Of a stretch of 64,000 nucleotides of DNA, positions 1 to 11,516 are shown one piece after another; the stretch's first letter is position 1; each line of letters opens with the position of its first letter. Below the pieces are notes generated by a model. The model was not told the origin of the DNA and made no database searches. It was given only the letters and a program-made list of their open reading frames with translations. The translations under genes and the position numbers were made by a program. This DNA comes from Vitrella brassicaformis CCMP3155 (lineage: Eukaryota; Protista; Chromerida), in the NCBI GenBank assembly GCA_001179505.1, contig CDMY01000624.1, forward strand, positions 124,001 to 188,000. Direction: 5' to 3'.

Positions 1-2760
1 TCCTAAGGCTGCTCACTACCCCCTCAGATAAAGACCCACAGGCCGCCGCATTCAAACTTCTCCAAGTGAGACAGTCACACAAAGGCGCCATCCTGGCTGC
101 AGTGCAGGCAGTCATCGGGGGACTTCTGTGTATGCGTTGGTTCAGGAGTATCAGCAGAAAGGCGCTCTCGTCAGCTGTGGTCGCTTTGAGGGTGAAGATG
201 ACAAAAACCACAGGAGCGGCCCACAGCGGTTTGAAAGAAACGACGCCGGTATGCCACCTCTGACAAACAGCACACTGGCAGACGCCACAGTTCCCATCCC
301 TGGCACCGGTAGGCATTGTGGTCAATCATGCGTACGGTGTGCTGGACGTGAGGATTCTCCAGACAGACAAGAAGAAACACAGGCTCGTCAGGTGCGCTTC
401 TGCGTCTATGTTAGGGTCTGCATGGCCATCCGTCCGTTCGTCTGGACTCTTGTCCATCGAATAGGGTTCGCAACCCCTGGGAATCCCATTGCGGCGCGTG
501 GACGGGCGAATGGGGGCAGAACAGCAAGCTCTGGAACAAAGTAAGGCGTCCTTCAGCGCACCAGTGAGTGCCTTTGGGCGGCCGAAAGGCATCTTGTGTT
601 GCTGTGCAGGAGCGACGGAGCGCCTTGAATTATGCCAAGGAAGACGAAGGCAAGAGGGGCGACTTCTGGCTGTCGATCGAAGAGTTCATGCGGTGAGTAC
701 ACCCCACACCACAACGGTGCCTCTCATATATGTCAGTATCCGTGGATCGTTCCACCCCCAGGCACTTCAACCGCATACACGCGTGTCACACGACGTTTCT
801 CGACGACTCGCAGGAGCCACCTGTCCAGTCGCTGGTCATCCGAGGCGCATGGAAGGGCAAAACAGCCGGCGGATGCACGTATGACAGACAGAGACACAGA
901 TAGATGCACACGATGTTTCTTATATGCCTCCCTGTGTGGCCACCGGTGCGTTCGCGCAGCAACTACCCATCCTTTCGCCACAACCCAATGCTGCGATTGG
1001 AGGTCTCTGAGACGCTCACCAAGCCACTGGACGTCCACATCTTGCTCACACAGCCGGACGAGCGACGACGTGTCCGTGAGGCCGGTCTGCAGCTGAGCTA
1101 TCCCCAGATCGGCCTCACCCTGATCAGACAGCACTTCCAACCCATTGAGGCCATCCCGACCGATGCCGCCGCTCTCACACCTGGTGCGCTGCACAAGAGA
1201 CACGCGTCGATAGAGACGCGGGAATTGCATCATTTGTCTCGGTCTTTCTCAGACAGGGCACAGATCGTCCATAGAACCTCTTTCTGGTCGGTCGGAAAAA
1301 CGGGAGAATTTCGTCGACATGGCCACGTGTACGTCTCCTTGCTTCTTCTCTTTCAGGAATAAGCGAGATGTGGGTGCAGCTGTGTCGCTGCTGCCGCCCG
1401 CTCTGCTGCAGAAAGAACCCTCAGACAACATACCCGTCGCCGAAAACACGTCTCCGGAGTACCGGCTGGTGCCGAGCTCTTACTTCCCAAACCAGGAGGG
1501 CGACTTCACGCTGCTCCTGCAGTGGCGGGGTGGCAGAGAGCTTCTGAATGTGGCCTGCATCAACTTCCCTTGTGTGACACAGGTCGGTCGGCAAACTGAT
1601 GGGTGGCACCGACGAGAGAGTCTGTCTGTCTGTCTGTCTGCAGGGCGTCCGCAGCTGTGTGTCGGTGAAGGGGCAGTGGAAGGGTCCGACGGCGGGAGGA
1701 CGGCCGCAGCTCAACACGTTCACGTCTGTAACCGCACAAACACATAAGTGAAAGGCCACAGACACGCACTCCCAGTGTGTGTGATCTGATGTGTGTGTGC
1801 CATGGCAAGCAGAAGGAATCCGTGTTTCTCTCTCACGACTTCAGCAAGCGAGACGCCGCTGACGATCGTCCTCACACACACTCCATCATCACAAGGCGGT
1901 GCAGCATCGAATAGGTTTCCCCCCGCTGCCGTGGTCGTCCTCAATGTCCCTGCCAAACAGGTGAGTGAGCAGATGACATGTAAGCTCGTGAATGTCTCTA
2001 TTCTCCCCACGTATGGCTGCAGTTTGACAATTCGTCAAATGCCGCTGCTGAAGGGTGTCTCGCCCAGTCGCCGATACCCATACCCGTCGCAGCATCGTAA
2101 GCGAACCAGCCCGCGGAAAAGATATATATCACTGCTGGTGGTGTGACCGATGCATGTGTGCATCTATCAAATGCAGTCAGTGGTCCCAGTCAATGGTGCT
2201 GAAAGCAAAGCAAGTAGAGACGCCCAGCCCGTTCGAGTTCTTCTTGGTGCCTTTCACACACCAGTCGGCCAAAGTGAGTCAGTCGGTGGGACAGCAGACC
2301 ACGCCTCAATGGACGCAGAACCTAAGACATCCACGTACGTCTTCAGGAGGGCTCTTTCGAGCTGTGCGTCGAATCGTCAGCAGAGAATATGACCCTCAGT
2401 GACGTCACATCGAGGCAACCACCACCGACAAAGCCGAAGGCGTCACCTGCAGCTGCCCCAGCGACAAGTGGTGCTGTGTCTCCGCTGAAGGCGGCCATCG
2501 CCGTCGCTGCGGGTAGGGAGCCCACAGGCGAACACGAGGAGACAGCGGGGAGGGTGACGGGTGGAGGGAGGGCCAAAGGCAAAGCCAAGACGAAGCCGAA
2601 AGCTAAACCAAAGGTGAGAAAGGTGGATGGATGAATGGTGGTGGGATGGCATGGCATGTATTCCAATCATTGTCTGCTGTGTGTGGTGTGAGTGCAGGCG
2701 GGTATTGACAGCGCCAAGCAGGTCATCCGGTCACAGTTTGACCTCTATCAGGACCTCTGA
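1..2760 (+). CDS. Calpain-family cysteine protease, 5'-truncated and multi-exon: C-terminal part of the CysPc domain plus two calpain domain-III (C2-like) units
   Basis: Spliced exons give GIVVNHAYGVLDVR (catalytic His), VRNPWESHCGAWTGEW (catalytic Asn) and GDFWLSIEEFMR. Domain III no.1 is WKGKTAGGCT|NYPSFRHNPMLRLEV ... YRLVPSSYFPNQEGDFTLLL. Domain III no.2 is GQWKGPTAGG ... RNPCFSL ... FFLVPFT. The last exon AGIDSAKQVIRSQFDLYQDL ends at TGA 2758-2760. The catalytic Cys would lie upstream of the window. Confidence 0.9.
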
Positions 2761-2832
2761 CTGCGACTGGTAGGGATGTGGGGAGGTTTGGTTTGTCGAC
2801 TGTAGCCAACTGCGCGCAGAGGACAAGATCAA

Positions 2833-3060
2833 GACAAGATTGAACATGGCGCGTCCTTGCCATCACCACACACACACACACACACACACACACATTCACA
2901 CACATGTCCCTCTCGACGCAGGCAGCGCGCAGGCGTGTAAGCCACGACTGAGACACACAAAGGCCATCTCATCACCGCACGATCTCATCCGTATGGCATG
3001 CGAAACAAACATGACCAAAAGAACCAAAACAACGTCCATTGGTCCCTCCCTCCCTCCCTC
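2833..3060. repeat. Dispersed ~230 bp repeat, copy 1
   Basis: Shares ordered blocks with 10696-10935, e.g. catggcgcgt-cttgccatcaccacac, ctctcgacgca, caggcgtgtaagccacga-tgagacacacaaaggccatctcatcac, gcacgatctcatc, tgaccaaaagaaccaaaaca, ccattggtccctccctccc. Confidence 0.85.
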
Positions 3061-3585
3061 CCTCTGACACACGTGAGTGAATCGATGTGTGCACTGTCTT
3101 CTCCCACGACTTTTCTGCATGTCGATTGTGTAGGTTAGTGAGTGGGTGCCAAACGGATTTTCACATGGATGTGAACAAGAGAGAGGGGCGGATGTTTGCT
3201 TCCCTTTAATGTGCATCGTGTGTTGGTGTGATGACTGTCATTCGCTCGACGGCCACCTCACACAGAGAGTGACTGACTCAGCTACATGCTTAATCCATGG
3301 GATGGGTTCCCTTCACGGCCGTCACCCGCGGCACACAAAGGCGGACACACTTCACCACACAGTCACCTTGAGAGAGAGAGAGAGATGGCAGGTGAGTCAG
3401 CCAGACAGCCAAACACACTCACACATCGGCTGGGGCATCACATCAAAATCGGCCGGTAGCGGACCGAACCGCACCAGATGCACTCACACCCATACCCACA
3501 CCCACCAGAGCCAAGCCAGCCATTCGGTCACACAGCAGCAGCAGCTGGTCCACACAGTGAGCGGTGGGCGATGTGTCCTGAAGAA

Positions 3586-3950
3586 TTAACCGATCGGCGA
3601 CAGAGATAAATGGCGACAGCCAGCACCCAACTTCAGATGCCCTCCTGACCACAGACACACACACCGAGGGAGGGCGGCACTCAGCCACATGGTGACAGAG
3701 GGGATGAATCGCTGCGCACCCACCAGTGCGTGTTGGCTGGTGGATCGGTCAGCCGCCGCCCTCCGCCTCAGCTGCGCCACTCTCACCTGCCCAAGGCACG
3801 CACACACACACATGAATGAATGAATGTGACGCAGGTCGACGTGGGGGCATTTGTGGTGTGTGGCTGTATACCTCCACATACCTCCACTGCCCTCTCCGCT
3901 ACCGTCCTCCACACCGTCGCCCTCATCTCCGCTGCCATCGTCCGAATCTA
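3586..3950 (-). pseudogene. Possible relic fragment of a lineage-specific gene family
   Basis: Exon-like block after a cag acceptor (GQVRVAQLRRRAAADRSTSQHALVGAQRFIPSVTMWL) preceded by an acidic Gly-rich stretch. I could not find a convincing start or complete structure. The family resemblance is from memory only. Confidence 0.3.
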
Positions 3951-4119
3951 TGCCACACACCCAGACAGACAGAAAGAGAGAAGGGACATCTTCCACCATC
4001 CATCCATCCGATGAATGTTTGAATGCGTCCCTCCCTTCGTCCGTACCATTGTCATCCCCCTGTTGCTGTTGCTGCTATTGCTGCTGTTGTTGTTGCTCAG
4101 CCTGTTGTTGAAGTTGTTG

Positions 4120-5780
4120 CTATTGCTGCTGTTGAACTTGTCCGTCGATTACGAATGCCGCCACTGCCCCCAACGCCACGCGAGCCAGCTGAGTGGTGAC
4201 GGGGAAGCAGTGTTTGAACAAACCATCCTCACACAGAGCCGCCTTAGTCGTCACGACTTGCACAACCGCTGCACACGAGGGGAAGAACATGCGACGTTCC
4301 AGCAATCAGCACTCCCTCTATGTCATTCGCCCTGACCGTTTTGATGTCCTAATCTGCTGATATCGACCCATGCGACGAAGGGGTGGCTGCCGTCGGTCAG
4401 TATCAGTCGTCGCACACGACCGTCCCAGCTCACTGTGGTCGTACAGCCAGCCACTGGTGTGTGGGGCGACTGGGTCAACAAGCCATGCAGACGGCCGCCA
4501 CCGACACCCCTGAAAAGACAGACATCAACAAACGACTTGTGCTGTGCCCCTTCCGACCCCATTGATTCCGTTAGTGTGCTACCTGTAGAGTAGAGTCAAT
4601 TTGCTGTTGGTCTGGTGAGTGGGCCTCAGGTGGCGGAGGATCATGCACTTGGCAAAAGACGACACTGACGCATCGGTGCTCCCCGGGCCACCGCTCCACA
4701 CCCATCCGCCGTCGTCGGGCGAGTAGATGCGGCTGCGCACCGGTGGGTCGTGTGGCTGTCTGTGCTGCTGGTACAGGTGGCCGGCGAGGAGGGGCGGGTC
4801 GACCTCCAGCTCGAAGCCGGGCTCGTCGATGATAGCCCGCACCTCACCGTTGCCGTGATGGAACAGCTGCAGACAGCTGCCGTCACTGAAGTGGACGTGG
4901 CGGCCGGCCATCTTGAGCTGCGCCAACACACGGGGAGCCGACACATACGCCTACACACAGGACCACACACACCACACAGACAGAATGAGGCCCTCTCTCT
5001 CCCCCCCCCCCTTCNNNNNNNNNNNNNNNNNNNNNNNNNNNNNNNNNNNNNNNNNNNNNNNNNNNNNNNNNNNNNNNNNNNNNNNNNNNNNNNNNNNNNN
5101 NNNNNNNNNNNNNNNNNNNNNNNNNNNNNNNNNNNNNNNNNNNNNNNNNNNNNNNNNNNNNNNNNNNNNNNNNNNNNNNNNNNNNNNNNNNNNNNNNNNN
5201 NNNNNNNNNNNNNNNNNNNNNNNNNNNNNNNNNNNNNNNNNNNNNNNNNNNNNNNNNNNNNNNNNNNNNNNNNNNNNNNNNNNNNNNNNNNNNNNNNNNN
5301 NNNNNNNNNNNNNNCACACCACACAGACAGAATGAGGCCCTCTCTCTCCCCCCCCCCCTTCCGCCCCTCTGTTTGCTGGGTGACCGTTTTGTTTGCGTGT
5401 GTATTGATGTCAGCACTATTGAGGGTCACAGGCAGCTCACAGTTGCCGCACTGCCCCGCCAGCTCAACTACCTCGCCCATCTCGCCCCAGGCCCCCTCCT
5501 CCACCACACACACAGCCGCCAGCAGGTCATGTGTGCCGAACTGGTCGTCGTCGAACCGCAACAGCTGCACTTGCTGCCCATTCACCGCCCGCCACAGCCC
5601 CGCCTGTAAGCCCAGCGAGTGGCTGAGCCGATCTCTCAGCTGGGCCGCTCCGAAGAGCTCTCTCAGCCACGTGCAGGTGGCCCTCAGCCGCACGATGTCC
5701 TTGATGCTGAGGAGGTAGCGGCTCCTCCGGCCCACACATAGGTATGACACGGGGTGCTGCTGCTGCTCTTGGTGCTGCAT
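4120..5780 (-). CDS. Lineage-specific expanded-family protein with an N-terminal F-box-like helix motif (4 exons)
   Basis: Exons read MQHQEQQQHPVSYLCVGRRSRYLLSIKDIVRLRATCTWLRELF..., then RVLAQLKMAGRHVHF..., then RGVGGGRLHGLLTQSPHTPVAGCTTT..., then VVQVVTTKAALCEDGLFKHCFPVTTQLARVALG...QQQQ with TAG at 4120-4122. The last two introns are phase-consistent GT-AG; the first intron spans an N gap. Confidence 0.8.
5015..5314. other. Scaffold gap (300 N) with the same ~45 bp on both flanks
   Basis: cacaccacacagacagaatgaggccctctctctc(c)n-ttc occurs immediately before and immediately after the gap. Confidence 0.95.
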
Positions 5781-7106
5781 GGGCTGGATGGGCCAAGACG
5801 GTCAGATGAGTGAGGCGCTCGACGAGAGGCTGCACAGAGCGACAGAGCCGACAGAGGATTGTGTGCATCAAGCATGCTGTGCTTCTGCTCACAGATCTGT
5901 GTGCTGCTCACCTCGTTCGATGATCAGACGGACAGATCAGAGAGAGGTCAATGAGCTAACACCACCGCCACCACCACCATCAGCGGCAGCTGAGGAGGCC
6001 GCCATCGCTCCTCAGCCACACTGCATCGATGGGCCGACAGACAGACAGACAGAAAGGCCAACGCATTCATTGAGGGGAGTGGATGAGCGCATCAGTGAGT
6101 CAGTGAGTCAGTGAGTGTTGGGCGTCCCTCACCTCCGAGGTCTGTCAGCTCAACGGCCCGCCAGTAGGCCGCCACCCAACCGGAGCAGTCGAGAGGACGA
6201 CTGACTCGAGTGACTCTTCTCGCCCTCTTGTCGGCCGAGTGCCTCACTCTCGCAACGCACAGCTGTCCGACAAGGCCCCGCCGCAGCGTCCTCCTATGTC
6301 CCCTCCCAAGAAACCCTAGACCCCACGAACCCTGTGGTTTTGTCGTTTTTCTCTTCGGGCGGAAGATGCAAATCAACGTGCGTCCTCTCCGCTCTACGCC
6401 ACTGCCTGAGCGCCTCAAACGCCTTTGTGATGTGACCCAAAACCCCTGACCCCACATACCCTAACCCCAGCTGCGCCGTGCAGTGCACAGGAGCCCTGGT
6501 GTCATTCCATATGTGTGGCCGGGTTCCAGGAATCAATCGCTGGTTGGAGAAAGAGATGCAGAACTGCACTGACGGAAGTCATTTTCTGGATCCGTCCGTA
6601 TTTATTTGTGTATGAGTGTTCCAACCCACCAACACGCACAGATCACGCCACACGCACACACACACGTGAACATTACATGGAGGTTTGCACAGAGATAGAT
6701 GTGTCCGTCCGTCCAACCAGGTGGCCGGCTCGGCTATCCACAGCGGTCGATCGATCGACCTTCCTCACTCACTCACTCAGTCACGCGTGTTGTTTGCAAA
6801 AGGGGCAGGGCAACCACCACCCACCCTAGCTACACATATGCATGCCAGCCAGAGGCACCATCCATCCATTGCCCGCCCCAAGCTTGCAACCTCTCCGCTG
6901 CCTGCAGCCCCTCGGTCCCTCCCTCCCTCCCTCCGACCGACCGACCGACCGACAGACAGACAGATGAACTCACTCAGTCACTCCAGCAGGTCGGTCAGGT
7001 GCACGACTGCAGGCAGGCAGACCACACACACACGCACACCACACAGACCGCATTATGTACCGTCAGTAATGGTCTAATCTATCGGCCCCTGCCTGTACGT
7101 ACGTAC

Positions 7107-8833
7107 CTAGTGGAGGTTCATGTTGAGGTATTTGTGGTTGGTCGTGACGGTGACGGTGAGGCCGGGCAGGGCGGCCGCCTCCCGGATGCGGCGGATGTAC
7201 CCGGCGTACTTGTCCGAGTGCTGGCCGTCCAGCACACGGTTGAGGTCAGCAAGAGAGCCCACCCGGCACCGCGACACGGCCTCGCCCACCATGCGAACCT
7301 GAATCAATGAAATGATAGACCCAGCACAGCCAACACAGACAAACAGACCAGGGAGGGAGGGACGGAGGGAGGGAGGGAACCACCCAATCAGCCAAGCATC
7401 AGACAGATCACTGAGTGAGCACTGTCCGCACCTCAGCGTCGAATCCGTCGTCGGCTGTTGTGTCGGTGACGGTCACTGCAATGAAGGGCGCTAGGCACAG
7501 CACAAAGTACTCACTCGGCGGCCGCTGGGGCGGCGTGTTGGGCTCCTGCACGCCGCACCGATGCACCCCCGCGAGCTGCCCCCCCAGCCCCCCCTGCCAG
7601 TTGGCCAGCATGTCCTTGGCGGCCTGCACGTCGGCCGGCGTGCCGTCGGCCGCGATGCGCACCGAGAGTCTCATGGGGTTGGGTGCCTTGCGGTGCAGCT
7701 GATTGATCAGCGCCGCGTCGGAGAAGCGGAGCTGGATTGGCTGGTTGAGGTAGGACACGGTCAGGTGTGGGTCGATCTGCTCGCTGTCGGGCTGGTTGTC
7801 GTGGCGGTTGGCCAGCCTAATGGTGGGCACGTGCAGCCGGCCGGTCGCGAAGTTGATGGCATCGATGGTAGGCTCCGCCCAGCCGCCATTGGGGTAGCTC
7901 CACGTGATCGAGTGCAGCGGCGCCCCGAGCCCCGCCAGCGCCAGTAGCTCGTACTCAAGCACCGCCAGGGGCATCGCGCCCACCTGCTGCTTCTCGTACT
8001 TCTCAAACAACTTCTCCTGCTCCACACACGGACACACACACACGGACAGACAGACAGCCAGCCAGCCCACAGACAGACAGACAGACAGACAGACAGGTAC
8101 ACACAGCTGACTGACTGACCCCGATCAGTTGACCGTGTGTGTATGCGTGCGTATGTACCACGTGTTTGTGCGTGACGGTGATGATTTTTTTGTTGCTCGA
8201 GAGCGCCTTCAGGAGAAGCCACTTGTCCCACCGGATCGCGATGAGCCGGATCTTCTCGCAGACCACGGCCATCTTGGCCCACCGGTGGGCGTTGAGCCGG
8301 CTGATGCGATCGTTGTCCAGCGGAATGGTCACTCTGAACTGTCCCGGCAGCAGCCAGAGGGAGCAGTCCTTCTCCACGGGCCGCTGCTTGGGGTGCGCGG
8401 AGCCCTGGCAGCCCTTCTTGACCACGTCGCGGAAAATGTACTGCCAGTCGGCATCTACAGACAGACACATATATACCATACAGAGAGAGAGAGAGAGAGA
8501 GATGGAACATGCAGACAGGCAGCGTATCGATATATGCGGGCGTGCAGGGCACTCACTGCACGAACGTGCGTGTGTGCGTGCGGACGTAACTTAGTACCTA
8601 CCTCTGTGTTGGCAGAAGAAGACGAGCATCGGCTCCACAGGAAGGATGTCCTTGAGCAGCTCCATATACTGACCGTGGGTCTTCTGACCGTGGGTCTTCT
8701 GCAACACACACCCCGGCGGCGGCGGCGGCGGCGGCTGCTGCTGCTGCCCTCCCCCTCCAGCCCCATCATGTCCCTGCGGCTGTCTTCCCTGCGGCTGCGG
8801 CTGAGGCTGGACCTCCTCCACCGCGTCGTCCAT
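7107..8833 (-). CDS. Hypothetical protein (4 exons)
   Basis: ATG 8833 MDDAVEEVQPQPQPQ...; exons DADWQYIFRDVVKKGC...KKIITVTHKH, EKLFEKYEKQQVGAMPLAVLEYELL...GFDAE and VRMVGEAVSRCRVGS...LNMNLH, separated by microsatellite introns. No family recognised. Confidence 0.7.
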
Positions 8834-9026
8834 GGCCCACGAACGACAATTAGTTACCGAATGCGCACCACCCACCTACAGACATACATTCACATGACAC
8901 GTCACGTGACTCACGTCACGGCCAATGCATGCATCATTTCGCCGAGCACAGCACGATATGATGCAGGCATGCTTCAGACACAATGCAGTGAGGGGTGTTG
9001 AAGGGGTATTGATGGGTGGGACGACC

Positions 9027-9054
9027 TGCCTGCCTGCCTGCCTGCCTGCTTGCC

Positions 9055-9119
<65 letters not shown>

Positions 9120-9120
9120 G
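9027..9120. repeat. Compound (CCTG)n/(TCTG)n microsatellite
   Basis: Directly visible tandem tetranucleotide array. Confidence 0.95.
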
Positions 9121-9669
9121 GGAGGGGGGGTATAGTAGTATAGAGAGGCGGAGTCCGCCGCGGACGGCCTTTCGTACGTACCTGTGAGTGCGCGGGACGG
9201 TAACTTAGTGGCTCAGCTGAGCACCCGGCTAGCGACGTCCGTCAAATTCGACCCGTACGTCCTCGAGGAGAGCGACCGACACCAACTTAGGACGGCTGGC
9301 AATGAGGGTAACAAACCCTTTGACCCCTCGTCAAACCCTCCGGCTCTTTGGGTTCAGTGCACAGCCCTCCTGACGGCTGCGTGCTGAGATCTGTCGTCCT
9401 TTGGCGTCCACTCTGCCTTGTCAGCTGAGGTCGGTGACACAGACGCACACACACGTGGCGAGTCAGTCAGGTCAGTGAGCGAGGCACGCCTCGAGCATCG
9501 CCATGATGTGAGACGGCCGCTCTGCTCTGTGTGCTGTGCTGCAGATGTCTGTCTGTCTGTCTGTCTGTTTGTTGAGTGAGTGAGTGAGTGAGTGAGGAGG
9601 TGCGGCCGTCTGTCATGACGACAAACAGACAGACAGACAGACAGACATCTGCAGCACAGACACTGCTGC

Positions 9670-10406
9670 AGCTGAGGGAGCCGAGGCTACTTACCGCCGA
9701 CCCCACTCGAACACCGCAGCGGTGCGCAGGCAGACAGTCACACACACACGCACACACACACACAGACGGATGGGATGGAGGGATGTGACACACGACAGGA
9801 GAGAATCAGCCGACTGTCTGTCTGTCTGTCTGTGGTTTTTGTGGCGTGCAGGTGTGCCAGATGGCTTCAATGTGAAGTATAGGCTGCGAAGGATGTTTGG
9901 AGCGACGGAATCCTATATTCGCTTCTTCAGATTCCACACAGATACACACGTCCTAGAGACTGAGGCACGTGGATTCTCTGCCCGCAGTCAAGAGCTTCAA
10001 ACGAGTTCGCGACTTGAAGCGCTTCATCTTCTACGGTGGCCTCATGCAGGGCGTCAGCACCCCGGAGGAAGTGGTGCTCGTTGGACACGAGGACGCTCGG
10101 GACGACGACCTCATTGAGACTGAGTTTCGCCAGCAGTAAGGGGAGGCAGCAGAACAACTCGCACACTTTGACACTCGGGGTGTGTGTGTGTGTGTGTGTG
10201 TGTTGGGAACCTGTGATGCTGTGTGTAGGGGGAAGTCGGAGGATAACCCGTTCATCGTGCTGAGTCGTGTGGAACCGCCAAGAGAGAAAATACGTAACGA
10301 CGCTACACAGTGAGCTGCATAGGCAGACACTCATCTGTGTGTGTGTGTGTGTGTGTGTGTAGGTGTGGAATGGGTCGCCTACGTCCCCCCGAACGCCAAA
10401 CGATGA
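9670..10406 (+). CDS. Hypothetical small protein; 5' end unresolved
   Basis: Phase-consistent splicing gives GVPDGFN|RLRHVDSLPAVKSFKRVRDLKRFIFYGGLMQGVSTPEEVVLVGHEDARDDDLIETEFRQ|QGKSEDNPFIVLSRVEPPREKI|RVEWVAYVPPNAKR, ending at TGA 10404-10406. Confidence 0.55.
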
Positions 10407-10695
10407 TTGATGAGCGTAATCTCGCAACACGGCGCCATCCAGGTGTTGTTTGCCGGCATGGCTGCCATGGCGCGCTGACCCTCTGCGGTACGGGTGAATG
10501 TGTGGAGGTATGTGCACATTACAGTGTGTGTAAGAATGCGCCGCGCCCCCATATAGGCCGCGCCCCTCTGGTACGAACACTGCACGCGTTCCCCCAGCCA
10601 GCTGGTCATCAGTCATTTCTCCACTCGTCCAAGAGAGAGAATGCGTGTGTGACCCATGCGCGACCTCTGTGTGTGTGTTGGGACCATACGCAAGT

Positions 10696-10935
10696 GACAA
10701 GATTAATTGCATGGCGCGTACTTGCCATCACCACACACACACACACACACATTTTCACACACTCATACACGTGTTCCTCTCGACGCATGCAGCATACAGT
10801 CAGGCGTGTAAGCCACGAGTGAGACACACAAAGGCCATCTCATCACTGCACGATCTCATCAGGGATGGCACGAGGAAACGTGAAACGTGACCAAAAGAAC
10901 CAAAACACACACCACCCATTGGTCCCTCCCTCCCC
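10696..10935. repeat. Dispersed ~230 bp repeat, copy 2
   Basis: Same orientation and same ordered blocks as 2833-3060, with small indels and substitutions. Confidence 0.85.
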
Positions 10936-11216
10936 CCCTCGCCAAGCCAATCGGCGGACACACACCACACACAGCCAGAACACAACACAACTACTCCGCG
11001 GGATGCGCGTGTGCCGTTACTGATAAGAGACGCACACACGCCGCCCCGCCCCCACGTCAGTCAGTCAGTCAGCTATGTATCTCTCTCATTCACAAGAAAC
11101 CTCCCTCGCCCAGCCCCCACCCCTCCCATCTCTACAGCCAGCCAGCCAGCAGCCCCCATACCAGGCGATCGACACATGCATTCATGTGAGTGAGTGGGGA
11201 GGGGGGGGGGGGGGGG

Positions 11217-11516
11217 NNNNNNNNNNNNNNNNNNNNNNNNNNNNNNNNNNNNNNNNNNNNNNNNNNNNNNNNNNNNNNNNNNNNNNNNNNNNNNNNNNNN
11301 NNNNNNNNNNNNNNNNNNNNNNNNNNNNNNNNNNNNNNNNNNNNNNNNNNNNNNNNNNNNNNNNNNNNNNNNNNNNNNNNNNNNNNNNNNNNNNNNNNNN
11401 NNNNNNNNNNNNNNNNNNNNNNNNNNNNNNNNNNNNNNNNNNNNNNNNNNNNNNNNNNNNNNNNNNNNNNNNNNNNNNNNNNNNNNNNNNNNNNNNNNNN
11501 NNNNNNNNNNNNNNNN
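11217..11516. other. Scaffold gap (300 N) inside a poly-G run
   Basis: N run flanked on both sides by G homopolymers. Confidence 0.95.

Noticed and set aside
4015-4335. + strand ORF with a poly-Leu run resembling a signal or TM segment
   Set aside because: It is the antisense shadow of the CAG/CAA tract at the 3' end of the 4120-5780 gene.
8129-9001. 290-aa + strand ORF
   Set aside because: Antisense to the exons of the 7107-8833 gene and includes microsatellites.
9193-9272. tRNA/SINE-like look (GTGGCTCAGCTG...ATTCGACCC)
   Set aside because: No cloverleaf can be built; the A-box-like part is simply the palindrome GCTCAGCTGAGC.
9927-10712. 261-aa minus-strand ORF
   Set aside because: Splice signals support a + strand gene here; this frame runs through microsatellite introns.
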